From Podarcis muralis (lineage: Eukaryota): DNA of 64,000 bases. The stretch is from contig NC_135671.1 of NCBI RefSeq assembly GCF_964188315.1, positions 35,898,001-35,962,000 of the forward strand, in the 5' to 3' direction. Positions 24,207 to 36,542 of this stretch are shown piece after piece (the stretch's first letter is position 1; each line of letters opens with the position of its first letter). Below the pieces are notes generated by a model that was not told the DNA's origin, ran no database searches, and saw only the letters and a list, made by a program, of their open reading frames with translations. The position numbers and the translations under genes are program-made.

Positions 24207-24674
24207 GTGCAGATGGCATGTAAGTTTTGTTGCAGGTTTCACTTGTACAACTCTGTTAATCAGCTAGCCTTGCTAGTTAGCTCAGTTGGTTTTAATTCCT
24301 AGAGAATGCATGCAATAGTGCCCATGCTACAGAGAAACAACATATTCTCCACTGCTTTAGATGTTTTCCCCTTTCTCATTTATTCTAGACCTGAAGAATT
24401 CCAATGATTAAAAAAAAAAACCCACTTCGAATTTACAGGTGAATATAACGGCCACATTTTCCAATCACGCAGAGTCTAGCTCTACTTGTGAAGGAACAGA
24501 AAACAGGCACAAATTCACAATGAAACACTGGGTTGAAATCCACAGCTCTTTTCTGTGTGGCCACCACCAGACCCCTCAACGCAATAGTATGAATTTGCCA
24601 GACTCTTTCCGATGTCTGCCTCCAGCCAATGACAGAGCTGTATGGCGCGAGCCTCAGGGAAACAAGCAGCCTCT

Positions 24675-24700
24675 AGGCAAATGAGCATGGTAGCCATAAA
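24675..24700 (+). promoter_or_regulatory. Possible degenerate octamer (AGGCAAAT, 7/8) plus CATAAA box upstream of the VJ-C1 leader
   Basis: AGGCAAAT at 24675-24682 and CATAAA at 24695-24700, 75-100 nt upstream of the ATG. Ig V promoters carry ATGCAAAT. The match is imperfect and could be chance. Confidence 0.25.
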
Positions 24701-24772
24701 GCAATGTGCATGGTGCGTATGCGCTAGAAAGACAAGCAGTTTCATCATCAAACCACCTCCAAGCGGAGAAGG

Positions 24773-27700
24773 ATGGGCTGTCAGATCCTGCTGTCTCTCT
24801 CTTTGGTTCTCTCCATCCACGGTGAGTACACACATAGCTGGTTGCCAAGCTAGAGAGGCCAAGAACTTGCAATAGGCCAGTGGGAATGACGGGGAAATGA
24901 GGAATTTGGGCCTTGTGCTAGAATAGAGAGAATGAGCATGATGGGCTAGAGAAATCCGCACACCTCTTGTGTCTTTCAGTGGAGGTCAGTCAAGGGCCAC
25001 GGCTATGGTCTAGGAATGGCAGGTAGATGTAAAGGACTTCAAAGGCTGGTGTACGCTTAGAAGGCTGGAGGAGAAAACCCAGACTCACTCATTCAATCAT
25101 CCCTCCATCTACCCGCTAGGCACTTACGAATAGCGATGGTGGGAAAATTCGACTCAGTTCAGATTTAAAGGCAATCCTATCTAGTCCCCACTTTCTAAAC
25201 AATACGCATGCTGAAGTATAGCCACCCATCAGAATGCACACTTCTTCGATTTGCGCAGTGTAGTTGTGCAGCCAAGTGATGTGTATAGAAATGAACACTC
25301 TAGGGCGGAGTGTGCATAAAAAATGCATATATCAGTGACAATAACATGTGCAAATATATATCATATTCTATAATGTATAGGAATTTGCTCTGCAAAATGT
25401 GTGCGTTGGCAAAATTTGGATAAAAATATGTGTATACTAGGAGAAATTCACAATAACATGTAGATGAGGGTTTAAAATTTTAAAAATAATAACAAAATGA
25501 TGTGGAAAACTGAACTTAAGACTAGAAAAGTTTACAACTCAGCAGAACTGAAATGGACAAACTGGCCCATTTTTGAAATGCTGGCTCCGTAAGCGAAATA
25601 CACTGAATACAAGGGGGTGCACACTTTCAAGCTGTATAAAATTCTTCAGCAGGTGTGCCATCAGAGCCCCACCCACATGCTGTTTAACTTGGCACATTTC
25701 AGCATTTAGGTAATTAACATTTTAAATATAAGACACATAAAGGGACTAGTTCTTACTGTGATTGTATGGAATCATTCTTTCCAAGCCTTGTATTTGTGCT
25801 CTGCTGATTTTGCAAACCGTAAAGTGGATGTGGTGGAGATGGGGAACGGTGGACTCTGCGAAGGTCTCAGTGGTGAATGATGCGCAAAGGCAGAAACAAC
25901 CTACGACTGCAGATTTCAGGTTCTGCTCTCCATGCTCCTGCTAAAGTGCTGGAATGGGGATATGTGAAACTCCCAAGCAGAGATGCTTCCAGCTAAAATA
26001 TTAGTGACAGCTATGCTTCAGCTTGAAACACTGGGATGGAACTAAGTGCCACATTAGTTACAATCTGCCTAAAAGCTTTAAAGGCTATTTTATGGGGAAA
26101 GGCAACTGTTTTCAAGGAGAGTTGAAAATGGCAGGATGGGTGCACTGGGCAGGATTCTACTCACATTAGTAGAACCCTTCACAAGGATCTCTTTTTGCGG
26201 GTTCCACCCCTCGCCGCTCTCTGTGTGCTACTATGAAGTGGTGGACCGGGCTTTCTCATTTCAGTGGCACTCTATGTGACACCAAAATTCAGTGCCCCTC
26301 ACTGCCTCTCGCCTTCTATTTTTAGTCATTTTTGCGGCATCCCCTACAGAACGCTCTTGGCTCAGTGCCCAGTGTGGACAAACTGGTTGTGCTCCCCTAA
26401 ATCTACCTCTGCCCTGTGCCCCTGAAATTGGCTTGCACTGACAGAACAATCAATACAGCATGAAATTTAATTTGTCCCATTATATTCACAGAGTTACTGC
26501 CCCATTATCATTTTTTCTTTTTTATATATAGTTGAGATTTCTGAATTCAACCTGTTTCGGTGAACCAACTTATATGCTGCCATAGTGTGCAATTGACCCA
26601 ACTCTCAGCTCTTTTGAGATGTGTTTCAGAGTCAGTGTTGGATTATGATGATTATTAATTAACCCCTTCCTAAACTACTTAGGTGCTAGAAATTATTAGG
26701 TTAAAAACGGCAAAGCCCTCCTGCAGGCTTACAATAAAAGAATGTCTCGATTGCTTTTTTGATATTGTTATCCACCTATTATATACTGAAGTCAGTCTAC
26801 AAAACCATAAAATATCTTTTAATAGCAGAAAATTTCACATTAATACTTTTTTAAAAAAACAACAACACTCACATATAAAAACCAATGTAATACAGCAAAA
26901 GACAGAGTAAGTCACTGGATCACTAGTCCTTAAAGACCATCTTTCAAAGGTGGACTCGACATGGCTCTCTCACAACTAAAATACAGATATGCTGGCACAC
27001 ATCTTGCCGGAGTTCATTCCACAACTTTGGGGCAGCTACCCAAAAGGCTCTGCTTGAGCCCACAGCCCATTGTGCCTCCCTTTCACTTGCAGGAGCAGGG
27101 CTCTCTTTCTTGATCTCAAGAAATAGGTGGGGCAGCACACTTCTCAAGAGGGAAATATCCTGTGATTTACAACCAAGGTTTTGTTTTTTGTTACTGTTAA
27201 CATTTTCTCAAAATAAGAATCCCCCCCTACATTTTCTTTATTTTCTACCCCATTTACTCTATGTATAGGACACACATATGCATATGTGTAATTAGCATGT
27301 GTCAGACAGTTCACTCCCATTATCAGGCTGAAATTTTAGCTTCACAGCAGCCACCTACTTCCCTCCTCGCAGGTGGAGCGCTGCAGCCTCTGCCCGCCCA
27401 GCCACCACAGGCCTCCTTCGCAGAGGGGACCACTGCTATCCTGCCGTGCCCTCTGGAGAGGGGCAATATCCAGGAGTACCATGCCTTCTGGTTCCTGCAA
27501 AAGCCAGGAAAAGGCCCGGTCTTTATACTGAAGCATCACATTGATGGCAAGATAGAGCGTGCTCCTGCATTTGATGAGCGTTTTGTGGCCGTCCGGGATG
27601 CCAACACCTACACGCTGCAGATTCGGAAGGCGCGCACGGAGGACAGCGCCACCTATTACTGCTTGGCAGAGGCAAATTATTTCAACACCGCTGTCTCAGG

Positions 27701-29351
27701 GAGTGGAACACAGCTCAGTGTCACAGGAGGTGAGTGAGAATACCATGGTTTACGAGTGGAGCACTTGGGCACAGGGAGCCCAATGTACTACGGGAAGCAT
27801 GCAAGGGGCTTGTGTAGCATGGAAGTTATGAAGTGTGCCCTAGGAAATTCCCAGCTCAGGTCTCGCTTTGGGCATGAATTCACAAAGTAGCCTTAGGCAA
27901 GCTGCTACGGCTCAGATTCATGCTTGCAGTGTAGGAATAATAGCACTAGTGACCTTATAGGGTTATTGTAAGGTGAACTGCTTAATACGAACACTCAGAA
28001 AAGTGATATCAGAAAAGTGGGATCCAACTTATGCATTCCAGTATTGCAAGGATTTCCACTTGTGCAGCAGAACTTCCCCCCTGCCTCTTCTCACCCGCCT
28101 GAGCTCCCCGAATCTGCTCTGGAGAGTTGTGGGGGAACCCAGAGCAGATTTAAGCAGGGGCATGAGGGGGAGTCCTGTTGCACAAGCTGAAATCTTTGGG
28201 TCAACAGGAAACTTACTTAGCACTTTGCTGCATATAGGCAGACTCCAACTCCCATCATCCCTGGTCAATGGCTACACTGGCTGGGATGACAGAAGAAGCA
28301 AGTCCAACAACATTTGGAGGGCTGCAAGTTCCACAACTCTGCCCTATTCTTTTTGTCCTCTAATGCCCTTTCTCTACAGCAGCAGACTCCATGTGCACAA
28401 TAGTCTGCAACGATGCCTTGCGTGTTCACCTGAAAAACAGATTTGGGGCGCTGGGTGGGGGGAAGGTGTCAGAAAATAGAATGAGGGCTTAGGCAAATTT
28501 ACCTTTTGTCCCACTCTTTCTAAGCACAGGTCTGTGCTTTAAAGCTTTACATCTGAGCATTTGTTTGTTTGTTTAGCTTTTTTTTATGCCCTGGAGCATT
28601 CCCCATGAAAACCTCCTCTTTAAAGCTGAAGCACAGCCAACGGCAATTGCCATTTGCTCCAATTCTGCTTTAAAGAGCGGGTTTTGGTGTGGAAAACTCC
28701 AGACCAAAAAAAAAAGTGCTGGGATCGCGCCTGAAAAGTATGGAGGAAAGGCAAATGTGGATAAGCCCTCAGAGTGGAAGAGGAGCTCAACCATAGAAAT
28801 GCTTGCGCAATCTCCACAAGAAAATCATCAACTCCAGCCCATGCCTCTGGGGCCCAAATGACGCATTAAGTTATCCAGGGTGGCATTTCTGTGTGTGGGC
28901 TCCGTTAAGTACTGCTGGGGATTCTCAGTTAACTTTGCTTGGAAATCCCCGTTCAGCAGCACCACCCAAAAATAATCAGGTCACTTGGATTCTGTGACCC
29001 ACTCATGGTGTCTCTTTCCCAGGCAAATCAGCAAAGGAACCGGCTTCAGTCACCCTCCTGTCTGATGCTTACCAGACAGCGGACTCGCCCACCATCCACG
29101 CCTTGTGCATCGCCGAGAAATTCTACCCAGGGTTCCTAGAGATCAAGTGGAGTGAGGCTGGAGTCAACATATCAGAGGGGGTGACTGCTGGGCCGGTGGT
29201 CTTAAACGAGGATGGCTCCTACAGCGCCAGCAGCATCCTGAGCATCCCTCGCAGCCGCCTGACCTCTGACATCTCCGTCAAGTGCTCCACGTACCACATC
29301 GCCTCCGGAACCAGAGCGGAGCGGAGCCTGGAGCAGTGCCAGGGAAAGTAA
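24773..29351 (+). CDS. Non-rearranging, germline-joined VJ-C1 immunoglobulin light-chain-like secreted protein, 244 aa
   Basis: Leader exon 24773-24821 (MGCQILLSLSLVLSIH G|gtgagt). V+J exon 27373-27729 (ILPCPL..FWFLQKPG..EDSATYYCLAEANYFNTAVSGSGTQLSVTG|gtgagt). C1 exon 29023-29351 (ALCIAEKFYPGFLEIKW..DGSYSASSILSI..VKCSTYH..LEQCQGK*). All junctions are phase 1, as in Ig superfamily genes. V and the J-like GxGT-L-V segment lie in one uninterrupted exon with no RSS. Confidence 0.9.
26850..27140 (-). mobile_element. L2 LINE fragment
   Basis: ORF 26944-27147 contains RAFWVAAPKLWNEL. Confidence 0.65.
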
Positions 29352-29446
29352 AGGCCTGCCGAGATCAGCAGCACCCCTCCCATCTCCTCCTTCATCCCTC
29401 AAAGCCAGACCAGAGGGGCAGCTCTGCTCCTCCTTTTTGGTTTCAC

Positions 29447-29452
29447 AATAAA
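29447..29452 (+). terminator. Polyadenylation signal AATAAA of the VJ-C1 gene
   Basis: AATAAA about 95 nt after the TAA at 29349-29351. This supports the C1 exon being terminal and the product being secreted. Confidence 0.65.
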
Positions 29453-30374
29453 GCCACCTTCACATCCCTACTGTATATATCTAACCTCCATTATTGGTTG
29501 AACCTTGAACGGGCACAACCCACCCACCCACACAATCATTTCCGCTGCTGTGTACAGAACCTCACCATCGTGTCCACCTGAGGGAGAAAAATACCTTGGG
29601 TCAAACCTGCAGGGAACTGTTTCGAGAACATGTGTAAGCCAAGCTGTCTTGAGGGCTACCCTCACCACCTCCACCTTCAGTTGGCAACACTAGGAAGAAT
29701 CCTGCACCCATATGTGTATAGTTTGTGCCTCCCCTATTATTAGTATTAGTATATTGCCCTATAGTCACAGGTCTCAGGACAGCTCACAACAAAAAAACAC
29801 AATATAAAAACATAAAATACGTAATACAAATAAAAACAAGAACAACTCAATAATTCCCATCCTCCCCAACACATTTTAAAAGGCCATCGGATGCCAATCA
29901 GCTGAAGGCCTGGTTAAAGAGGAACTTTTTTTGCCTGGCACCTAAAGGTGTATAATGAAGGTGACAGCCAAACCTTCCTGGGGAGGGCATTCCACAAATG
30001 GGGAGATTCCAAATGCCCTTATCTGCATCAGAGATGGGTAGGGGACTAGTGTAGACGCCATGGATGCAAAGCAATTAAAGATGCATGTACTTCATACATT
30101 TAAAGCACCATAACTCCCCACCAAGAATCCTGGGAACTGTGGTTTGAGAGCTATGACTCCCAGCTCCTTTAATTACAGTTCCTAGGATTGGGGGGGGGGG
30201 TGTCTTTGTGTGTATGGTGTGTACACAGCATAAATTGCTTCTTCGTTTCATATTTGGATTTTTTTTTTTACCATCCAGGGAAATAACAGATATAAGAAGC
30301 ATTTTACAAGAAAAAAACCCAAACAACTCTGTATTGATGACATGAGAGATGGCAAACAGAAGGTAGACAGGTTT

Positions 30375-33300
30375 TCAGGGATTACACCCCTTCACCCACT
30401 CACGCAGGTCTTGCTTTTCACAGTGCTTTTTCCACTCCTTCCTGCAGAAGGCAAATTGGAGAAAGGGGAAGTCTGTTACCACAATGGCTATTCCTAAGGA
30501 CAATTTTTCATGCATAGGGATCATAGCATTTTCTCAAACTACAATGCAGTTGCAGAACAAAAGGATTAAACCATAATCCATCCTGGAATTAAGCATGGTT
30601 CAAGCCACTAAATTCAAGAGAATTCTAGATGCAATTCCAGCAAAGCACACTTACTAAGGGGTAAGTAGTGTTGGACTGACTGGGTAAACATTACTCTGTG
30701 AGTAAACATTCATAGGAACTGGTGGCAGGTGCGCGCGCACACACACACACCCCAGCAAGGCCGTTTGGTGATTTTTATAATGGATCTTGGACTGCACCAT
30801 TAATTCATAATGTGTCGTTTACACTGAAGGCTCCTGGCTTCCACCTACTGCTCAGTGCACAAGGGGTGTTCCCAGGATACACTGGAATTATCAGGTGCAA
30901 ATTAGAGGAAGAGTCCTGGAATTATCAGGTGCAAATTAGAGGAACAGTTATGAACAGGTGATAACTTTGGCACGTGAAGCTTCTTTTGTCACTGCATAAC
31001 AATACCTGCCAAATTTCACCTACACAGCTATTCAAAAATTGTCTGTGGTTTGCTCTGTTCTGCTTAACATCCAAGTAAGAAGGCTTCCCCTACTAAATTG
31101 GGTTTGTGTTAACATGACATCCTCACGCCAGTGGCATTTTAGCTTGTAGTTGCTCAGGAGAGTGAGCTGCGCTATCTGTCTTACGTTTTGTTCTCTATGT
31201 GTTGAAAATATTGCACAAATAAATGCAACCAAACCTCTCAAGTACACAAGAATTCCTGCATGTGTTAAGGAGTCCCATCTTTGGTTAACCATCTGCATCT
31301 CTATTGTCATTTTTCAGTGCTGGGTCAATCACTTTTTTCTGCCAGGGACCCTGTGCCTTTAGCTTCTGTGTAGTAAGTTAGAAATCAGCAGCTGTGGGTT
31401 TTTCTGGAACGGCAATTCAGTGATAGAGAAAGCTTCAGCTATGGATTCCTGCCTGTTTCCAGGTTGTGAAAGGCACTCGCGGGAGTGATAGGACTTGGCA
31501 ACTCTACTAACTGTTTTCTTTTGATGCCTCTGACTTAGGCAGCAAGCAGGAAAACAGAAAGTGAGCTTCTCTACTCCATTAGAGATCCAGCTTGTTTGAA
31601 GCCAAATGATTGACCCAGCACTGAAAAATGACAATTAGATCAAGCAGGGGAACCAATGCTGTTGGACTCTGGATCCCATCAATCCCAGCCAGAAAGACCA
31701 ATGGCCAGGATTATGGGAGTTAGTGTCCCAGCAGCTTTTAGAGGCACACAGGACCCCCATGTCTGACTTGGATTTTTTAGTTAAAAATAAACCAAAGCAG
31801 GCCTGGCTTCTGTGCCTTTAACAGCAGCCTGGCACACATAAATTAAGCCCAGGGAGAAGATGTTCCTGTCATAAACTGATAGCGGAAATGCCACCTGCTT
31901 GAGACCAGCATGTAAGGTTGTTATAAAAAGCAGTGGGGGGTGTCTGTCAAGACTATTTCAGCAGGAAAGAGAAATACAGCTACAGAGAGAGCAGATTGGT
32001 TTTGGTAACAACCAGGTGAGGGAGGTGTTTGCAGAGTTAGTCCTCTAGGTGGGGAAAAACAGAAGATGCTCTCATACCAGGTCCCCATGCCTTGGGGATC
32101 TTTCACAATCCTCTTGACACATAAGATATCATCGTGAATATCAGTATTCAATAAATCTAGAAAAGAGAATGAAAATGTATGAATGGAAGGGAAAGTCGGC
32201 AATTATTATCACAGGGTTAGAATAAACTAAAAGACAAGCTTAAGGCTAATTGCAGAATCAAATCTCCCTAGGATCGCCACCTCTAACGACATCCTTTAGC
32301 AACCCCCATGTAGCAGGAATGGAAGCAGCCCACTTACTCTCTCCCCATTCCTCTCATCAACAAGGGTGGGGGTCAGGGGTGCCAACTTGAATAAAATATT
32401 GGGGGGCCCTGGTAAACTCCGCCCTGCATAACCGATCACATGATGCGACACATGCACACCATTTGAATGGCAATACCCAGTGCAAGTAGATAAATAAGTA
32501 CCGCTCCAGCGGGAAGGTAAACGGCGTTTCCGTGCGCTGCTTTGGTTCACCAGAAGTGGCTTAGTCATGCTGAGCACATGACCCAGGAAAACTGTCTGCA
32601 GACAAATGTTGGCTCCCTTGACCAGTAAAGCGAGATGAGGGCCACAACCCCAGAGTCATCCGTGACTGGACTTAATGGTCAGGGGTCCCTTTACCTTTAT
32701 TCTATCTGAATGGGGAAGCTGCTTTTACATAAAATTGCTGAAACAGCAAAGCTGACTGTGTGGATGTAAAAATCAGGGACAGGACACTTTGCCTAGTTCC
32801 ATCACAATGGCTAAAATGCTTTGCTACTAAAGATGGACAAATCTGTCAGTTTTCCAAGTGTCTCATTTTTCCAAGCTTAAATTCAGTTCTCCACATTTCC
32901 ACAACATTATGCAATCACCACCACCACCATCCTTGTGAAAATCTGCCAGCATTTTAGTACTTTAAGGATTGTTGTTAGGTATTGCAATTAGATTATGAAT
33001 CACTTGTAATGAGCGCTTGAAAGCACATTACAAAATATTAGGCACTTGATCAGCTGCTAAGGTATTAGCAGCCAGCAGGTGGTGCTGTTGTAACATACCT
33101 TCGTTACCTGAACAAGAAAATTGTTGATGGATGTAATTGCTGAAATGGCAAACCTTACAGTCTGCATGTAAAAATTAGGGACAGGACAGTTTGACTAGTT
33201 CCAATGTAAAAACAGTTGAATACAAACCAAATACCGGTAGTCGGGATTTTTGGAGGTGGAATAGGAAAAGCTCAGCATTTACTCCTGCATTATCCTTGAA

Positions 33301-35167
33301 CCAGCTGCCAGTCTTTTGCAGCCTATGAACTCTTATGAAATGGCTTACTAACATTCTGAACAAGAGTAAGATATCCTTTAAAAAAAAAGAGATCATATTC
33401 TGCCTGCATTTTAGAGCTGGATGATTATGTTTCAATGTATTAGCATTTTAAATTATGTAATTTATATTTTTGAGCTGCATTGTTGTGTTTGGAGGGATCA
33501 ACATTTTAACATAAAAATATGAATTCAGCAATGTGTTATTACTGACAAGACTAAAAATGTGCTTACTAACCTAAGAGGTATTATGCTATTAAATCAAGCT
33601 CTGTTTTAATTTGAAAATATAAAACAAAAATGTCAGGAAAGGCCAGTAGTATAATAATAATAATAATTTATTATTTATACCCCGCCCATCTGGCTGGGCC
33701 TCCCCAGCCACTCTGGGCGGCTTCCATAAAAACCACAAATACAGTAAAATATCACACGTTAAAAACTTCCCTGAACAGGGCTGCCCTGTTCCAAGTATGT
33801 ATTCCAAGGCCTGGAAGGCTGTGACCCTCCAAGTTTTTGCTTCAATCGTCCCTCACCATTGGCCGTGTTGGGTTGGGGCTGGTGGTAGCTTGAACAACAT
33901 CTGGACAGCACCAGGTTCCACACCTCTAACATACCATTTAGCAAGCTGTTCCATTTTCTGCAGCACCCCACCATTTTGCCTGTCCCCTCCGGCACAGTGC
34001 CACTTGTGGCGGAGGCAGGCAGGAAGGAACTCACCTGCACAAGACATGGAGCAAAGGTTCTCTGAAAGGGTACCTTCATCTTTACACCACCAGCCATTGT
34101 TGATATGGAAGATGCCGTAGTCTTTAGTGCCATCCTTGCGCCTGTCAATAGCCTCTGTGTCAAAGCCAGTCTCAAAAAACGACATGCAGATCCCTTCAGA
34201 GAGAAGAATAGAAGTTACACTCTGTAGTAGCGGCCAATTTATTGCAGATTACTAAAATATCAATCACGTTTCAAAAGACCACCAAATCGCCACAAACTTT
34301 AATCGGATTTTCATTGGATTGAAGTTTGCTCTGATTTAGCACTAAATTTGGAGAGAGTTTTTAGGGGAAAGTGGTGAGGCAAAGCAAAACAGCCTAGAAT
34401 GCATGAGACAAGCGGAAAACCGCCCAAACAGAAGTGTGCACAAGCCCTCAGCCAAAGTCTGCCCTTTCAGCTCAAAAACCGAGTTGCACATCTTCCAGGA
34501 TGTGCTGCCGGGTGAATCAATTGACGCGTGCTGTACTCTCACCCCCAAAAAGCACTTTTTTTAAGGGTGCAAGAGCGCAGCTCCCAAAATGGCCGCCATG
34601 ATCTCGTGTGAAAAAACAGGATGTCCCATTTTTTCTGAGGCACTTGGTGGGTATGAAGTCTTCATTCCTCAAATACATGTAGGGAAGGAGACATTTTTTC
34701 TTTCACTACAAATCATACAAGAATCCTCCAAATCTGGGGTAAGACAAGGCTTTACCAAGCCTCCACTGTTAAGTTGTGGGTGAACATATCAGACGACACA
34801 GTGATTCTTCAAACAGCTCTTCTTTATTCAGAGGCAGAACAGGACTGAACAGAGGAGCTCAGTCAGCCTGCTTATATGGAGCTCCAGAACAATGTAACTG
34901 TTGCCATTTTCTAAAACTATCCAATCACTGAACGTCACTTTCGATCCTTCATTTGCATACAAACTATCCAATCACTGAACGTCACTTTCGATCCTTCATT
35001 TGCATACAAACTATCCAATCACTGCTGGCCCAGGGTGAGAACTTCAGTACATAACATCCACATTTCCCTCATGATGGTTGTCCTGTCAGGTCAGGGCCCA
35101 GTGGGAGCTTCCCCCATCCTCAGGTGAAAAGCAGGTCAGCTGTGGCTAGGCGAGCTGGAGATGTGTG

Positions 35168-35212
<45 letters not shown>

Positions 35213-36025
35213 GACCCTAGTGACTGGCATGTCCCAAGATAAATTTGGTGACTGGGGCAGCAAGTAACCTGAGGCACCACCTGCCAGGAATTTTCCCTGC
35301 AAGAGGTCCTGTAATGTACAGGTGGAAAACTTGCAATCCCCCAGACATTGCTGCACATCAACTGCTATCATCCCTGCTCATGGGTCTTTGGCTGGCCGTT
35401 TAGGGTGTTAAAGGTCAGCACCAATACTTTGAATGTGGCAATGCAAAAAAAAAAAAAGGGCTCAGACACAGACTGGGAAAGCTTGCAAGTGTGCCTAGAA
35501 AAAGCAGGGCAAAAGGCAAGTGTCGATGAGCCCTGTGTCAGATCTGTGTACCTTCCATTTGTGTAACAGAAATCTGCTTCCAGAGAGGATCATCTCGTTG
35601 CCTTATGGCAACACTGGCTCAGAGCAAGAATGGGGAGTAGAGAAGCGTTCATTCAGAGAGGCATTCATTCATTCATTCATTCATTAGGTCTTCAGATAAT
35701 GGCGTGCTTTGGGGGAGCATTCATAAGAAGTAAACTGGGACAGGTTTTAGGCCAAAGCAAATAAATTGCTACCCTCTTGTGGACGTAGAGACAAGGAAAT
35801 GATGTCTGGAAAGACCATGGTTGTTATCTCACTCCTTCCCTCCCACAACATTTGAAGTATGCTCTGCATTGAGAAGCTACACTCACAGTTGGCCAGGCTG
35901 TACCCCTCATATCCATCCAGTCCGCTAACTTTCAGCACGTGGTACAACTCGCAGCGACCAAAGATCTTGGCTTGCACAGTGACGGCAAAGCAAGTGAGGA
36001 GGAGGGTCTGTAATAAGTGGATCAT
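30375..36025 (-). CDS. C-type lysozyme-like protein C (resembles Ca-binding lysozyme / LYZL1-2), Glu35/Asp52 intact, 147 aa
   Basis: Exons (-): 36025-35887, 34193-34035, 32156-32078, 30441-30375 (TGA), all GT-AG. Protein MIHLLQTLLLTCFAVTVQA-KIFGRCELYHVLKVSGLDGYEGYSLANWICMSFFETGFDTEAIDRRKDGTKDYGIFHINNGWWCKDEGTLSENLCSMSCADLLNTDIHDDILCVKRIVKDPQGMGTWKEWKKHCEKQDLREWVKGCNP has 8 Cys. Confidence 0.92.
32478..32699 (+). mobile_element. 5'-truncated Sauria SINE
   Basis: Body from gtgcaagtagataaat to the ggggtccctttaccttt tail. Head missing. Confidence 0.85.
34767..35056 (-). mobile_element. Solo LTR (290 bp) in intron 1 of lysozyme C
   Basis: TGTTA..TAACA termini and 5-bp TSD tccac (34762-34766, 35057-35061). 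The minus strand carries a TATA (plus ttatat 34872-34877) and AATAAA (plus tttatt 34823-34828). Internal 47-bp tandem duplication. Confidence 0.85.
35171..35210. repeat. (TG)20 microsatellite
   Basis: Read directly. Confidence 0.95.
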
Positions 36026-36542
36026 CGTCTTAGCTGCTTAAATGTGATGGGAGGGAGTTGACAAAACCTCTGAAGTTAACTCCTTTAGGGAGAAGCAGAA
36101 AAACAGGAAGGTTGGCTCAAACAGGGGACAAGAGACATAATGTTTTAAGAGTGACAGAGGTTGGAAACACCCCTGCCCTCTCAAAATAATACATGTTTTC
36201 TGTCCTGGGAAATCTCTGGGTAGGTTTTTCAGCATTGTTCAGTTTGTACCAGGAAAATGCCAGCTGGAATGAACACTTTGTGGCTAGTACCAGTGTTGTC
36301 ACCAATCACCCCCCAACCCATTCCTTGGCATATTTATGAGGGATGAACTTATATACTGTATGTATAAATGCCCATTTGAAGCTCTAAATCAACAGGGATG
36401 GGGAAAGTGTTCTTGGACTCCAACTCCAATAATCCCTTAGCATTGGTCATGCTAGCTGAGGCTGATGGGAGCTGGAGTCCAACAACATCTGCAATAATAA
36501 TAATAACAATAATAATAATTTATTATTTGTACCCCGCCCATC

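Noticed and set aside
24773-29351. A rearranging Ig light-chain locus
   Set aside because: There is a single V already fused to J, no heptamer-spacer-nonamer RSS next to it, and no other V or J segments in the 64 kb.
29345-29354. Possible donor AA|gtaaag leading to a transmembrane exon
   Set aside because: It would be phase 2, which is atypical for Ig domain exons. An in-frame TAA and AATAAA follow at once, and no TM exon was found downstream.
30882-30944. 29-bp direct duplication (ctggaattatcaggtgcaaattagaggaa) in gene C intron 3
   Set aside because: A simple local slippage duplication with no further structure.
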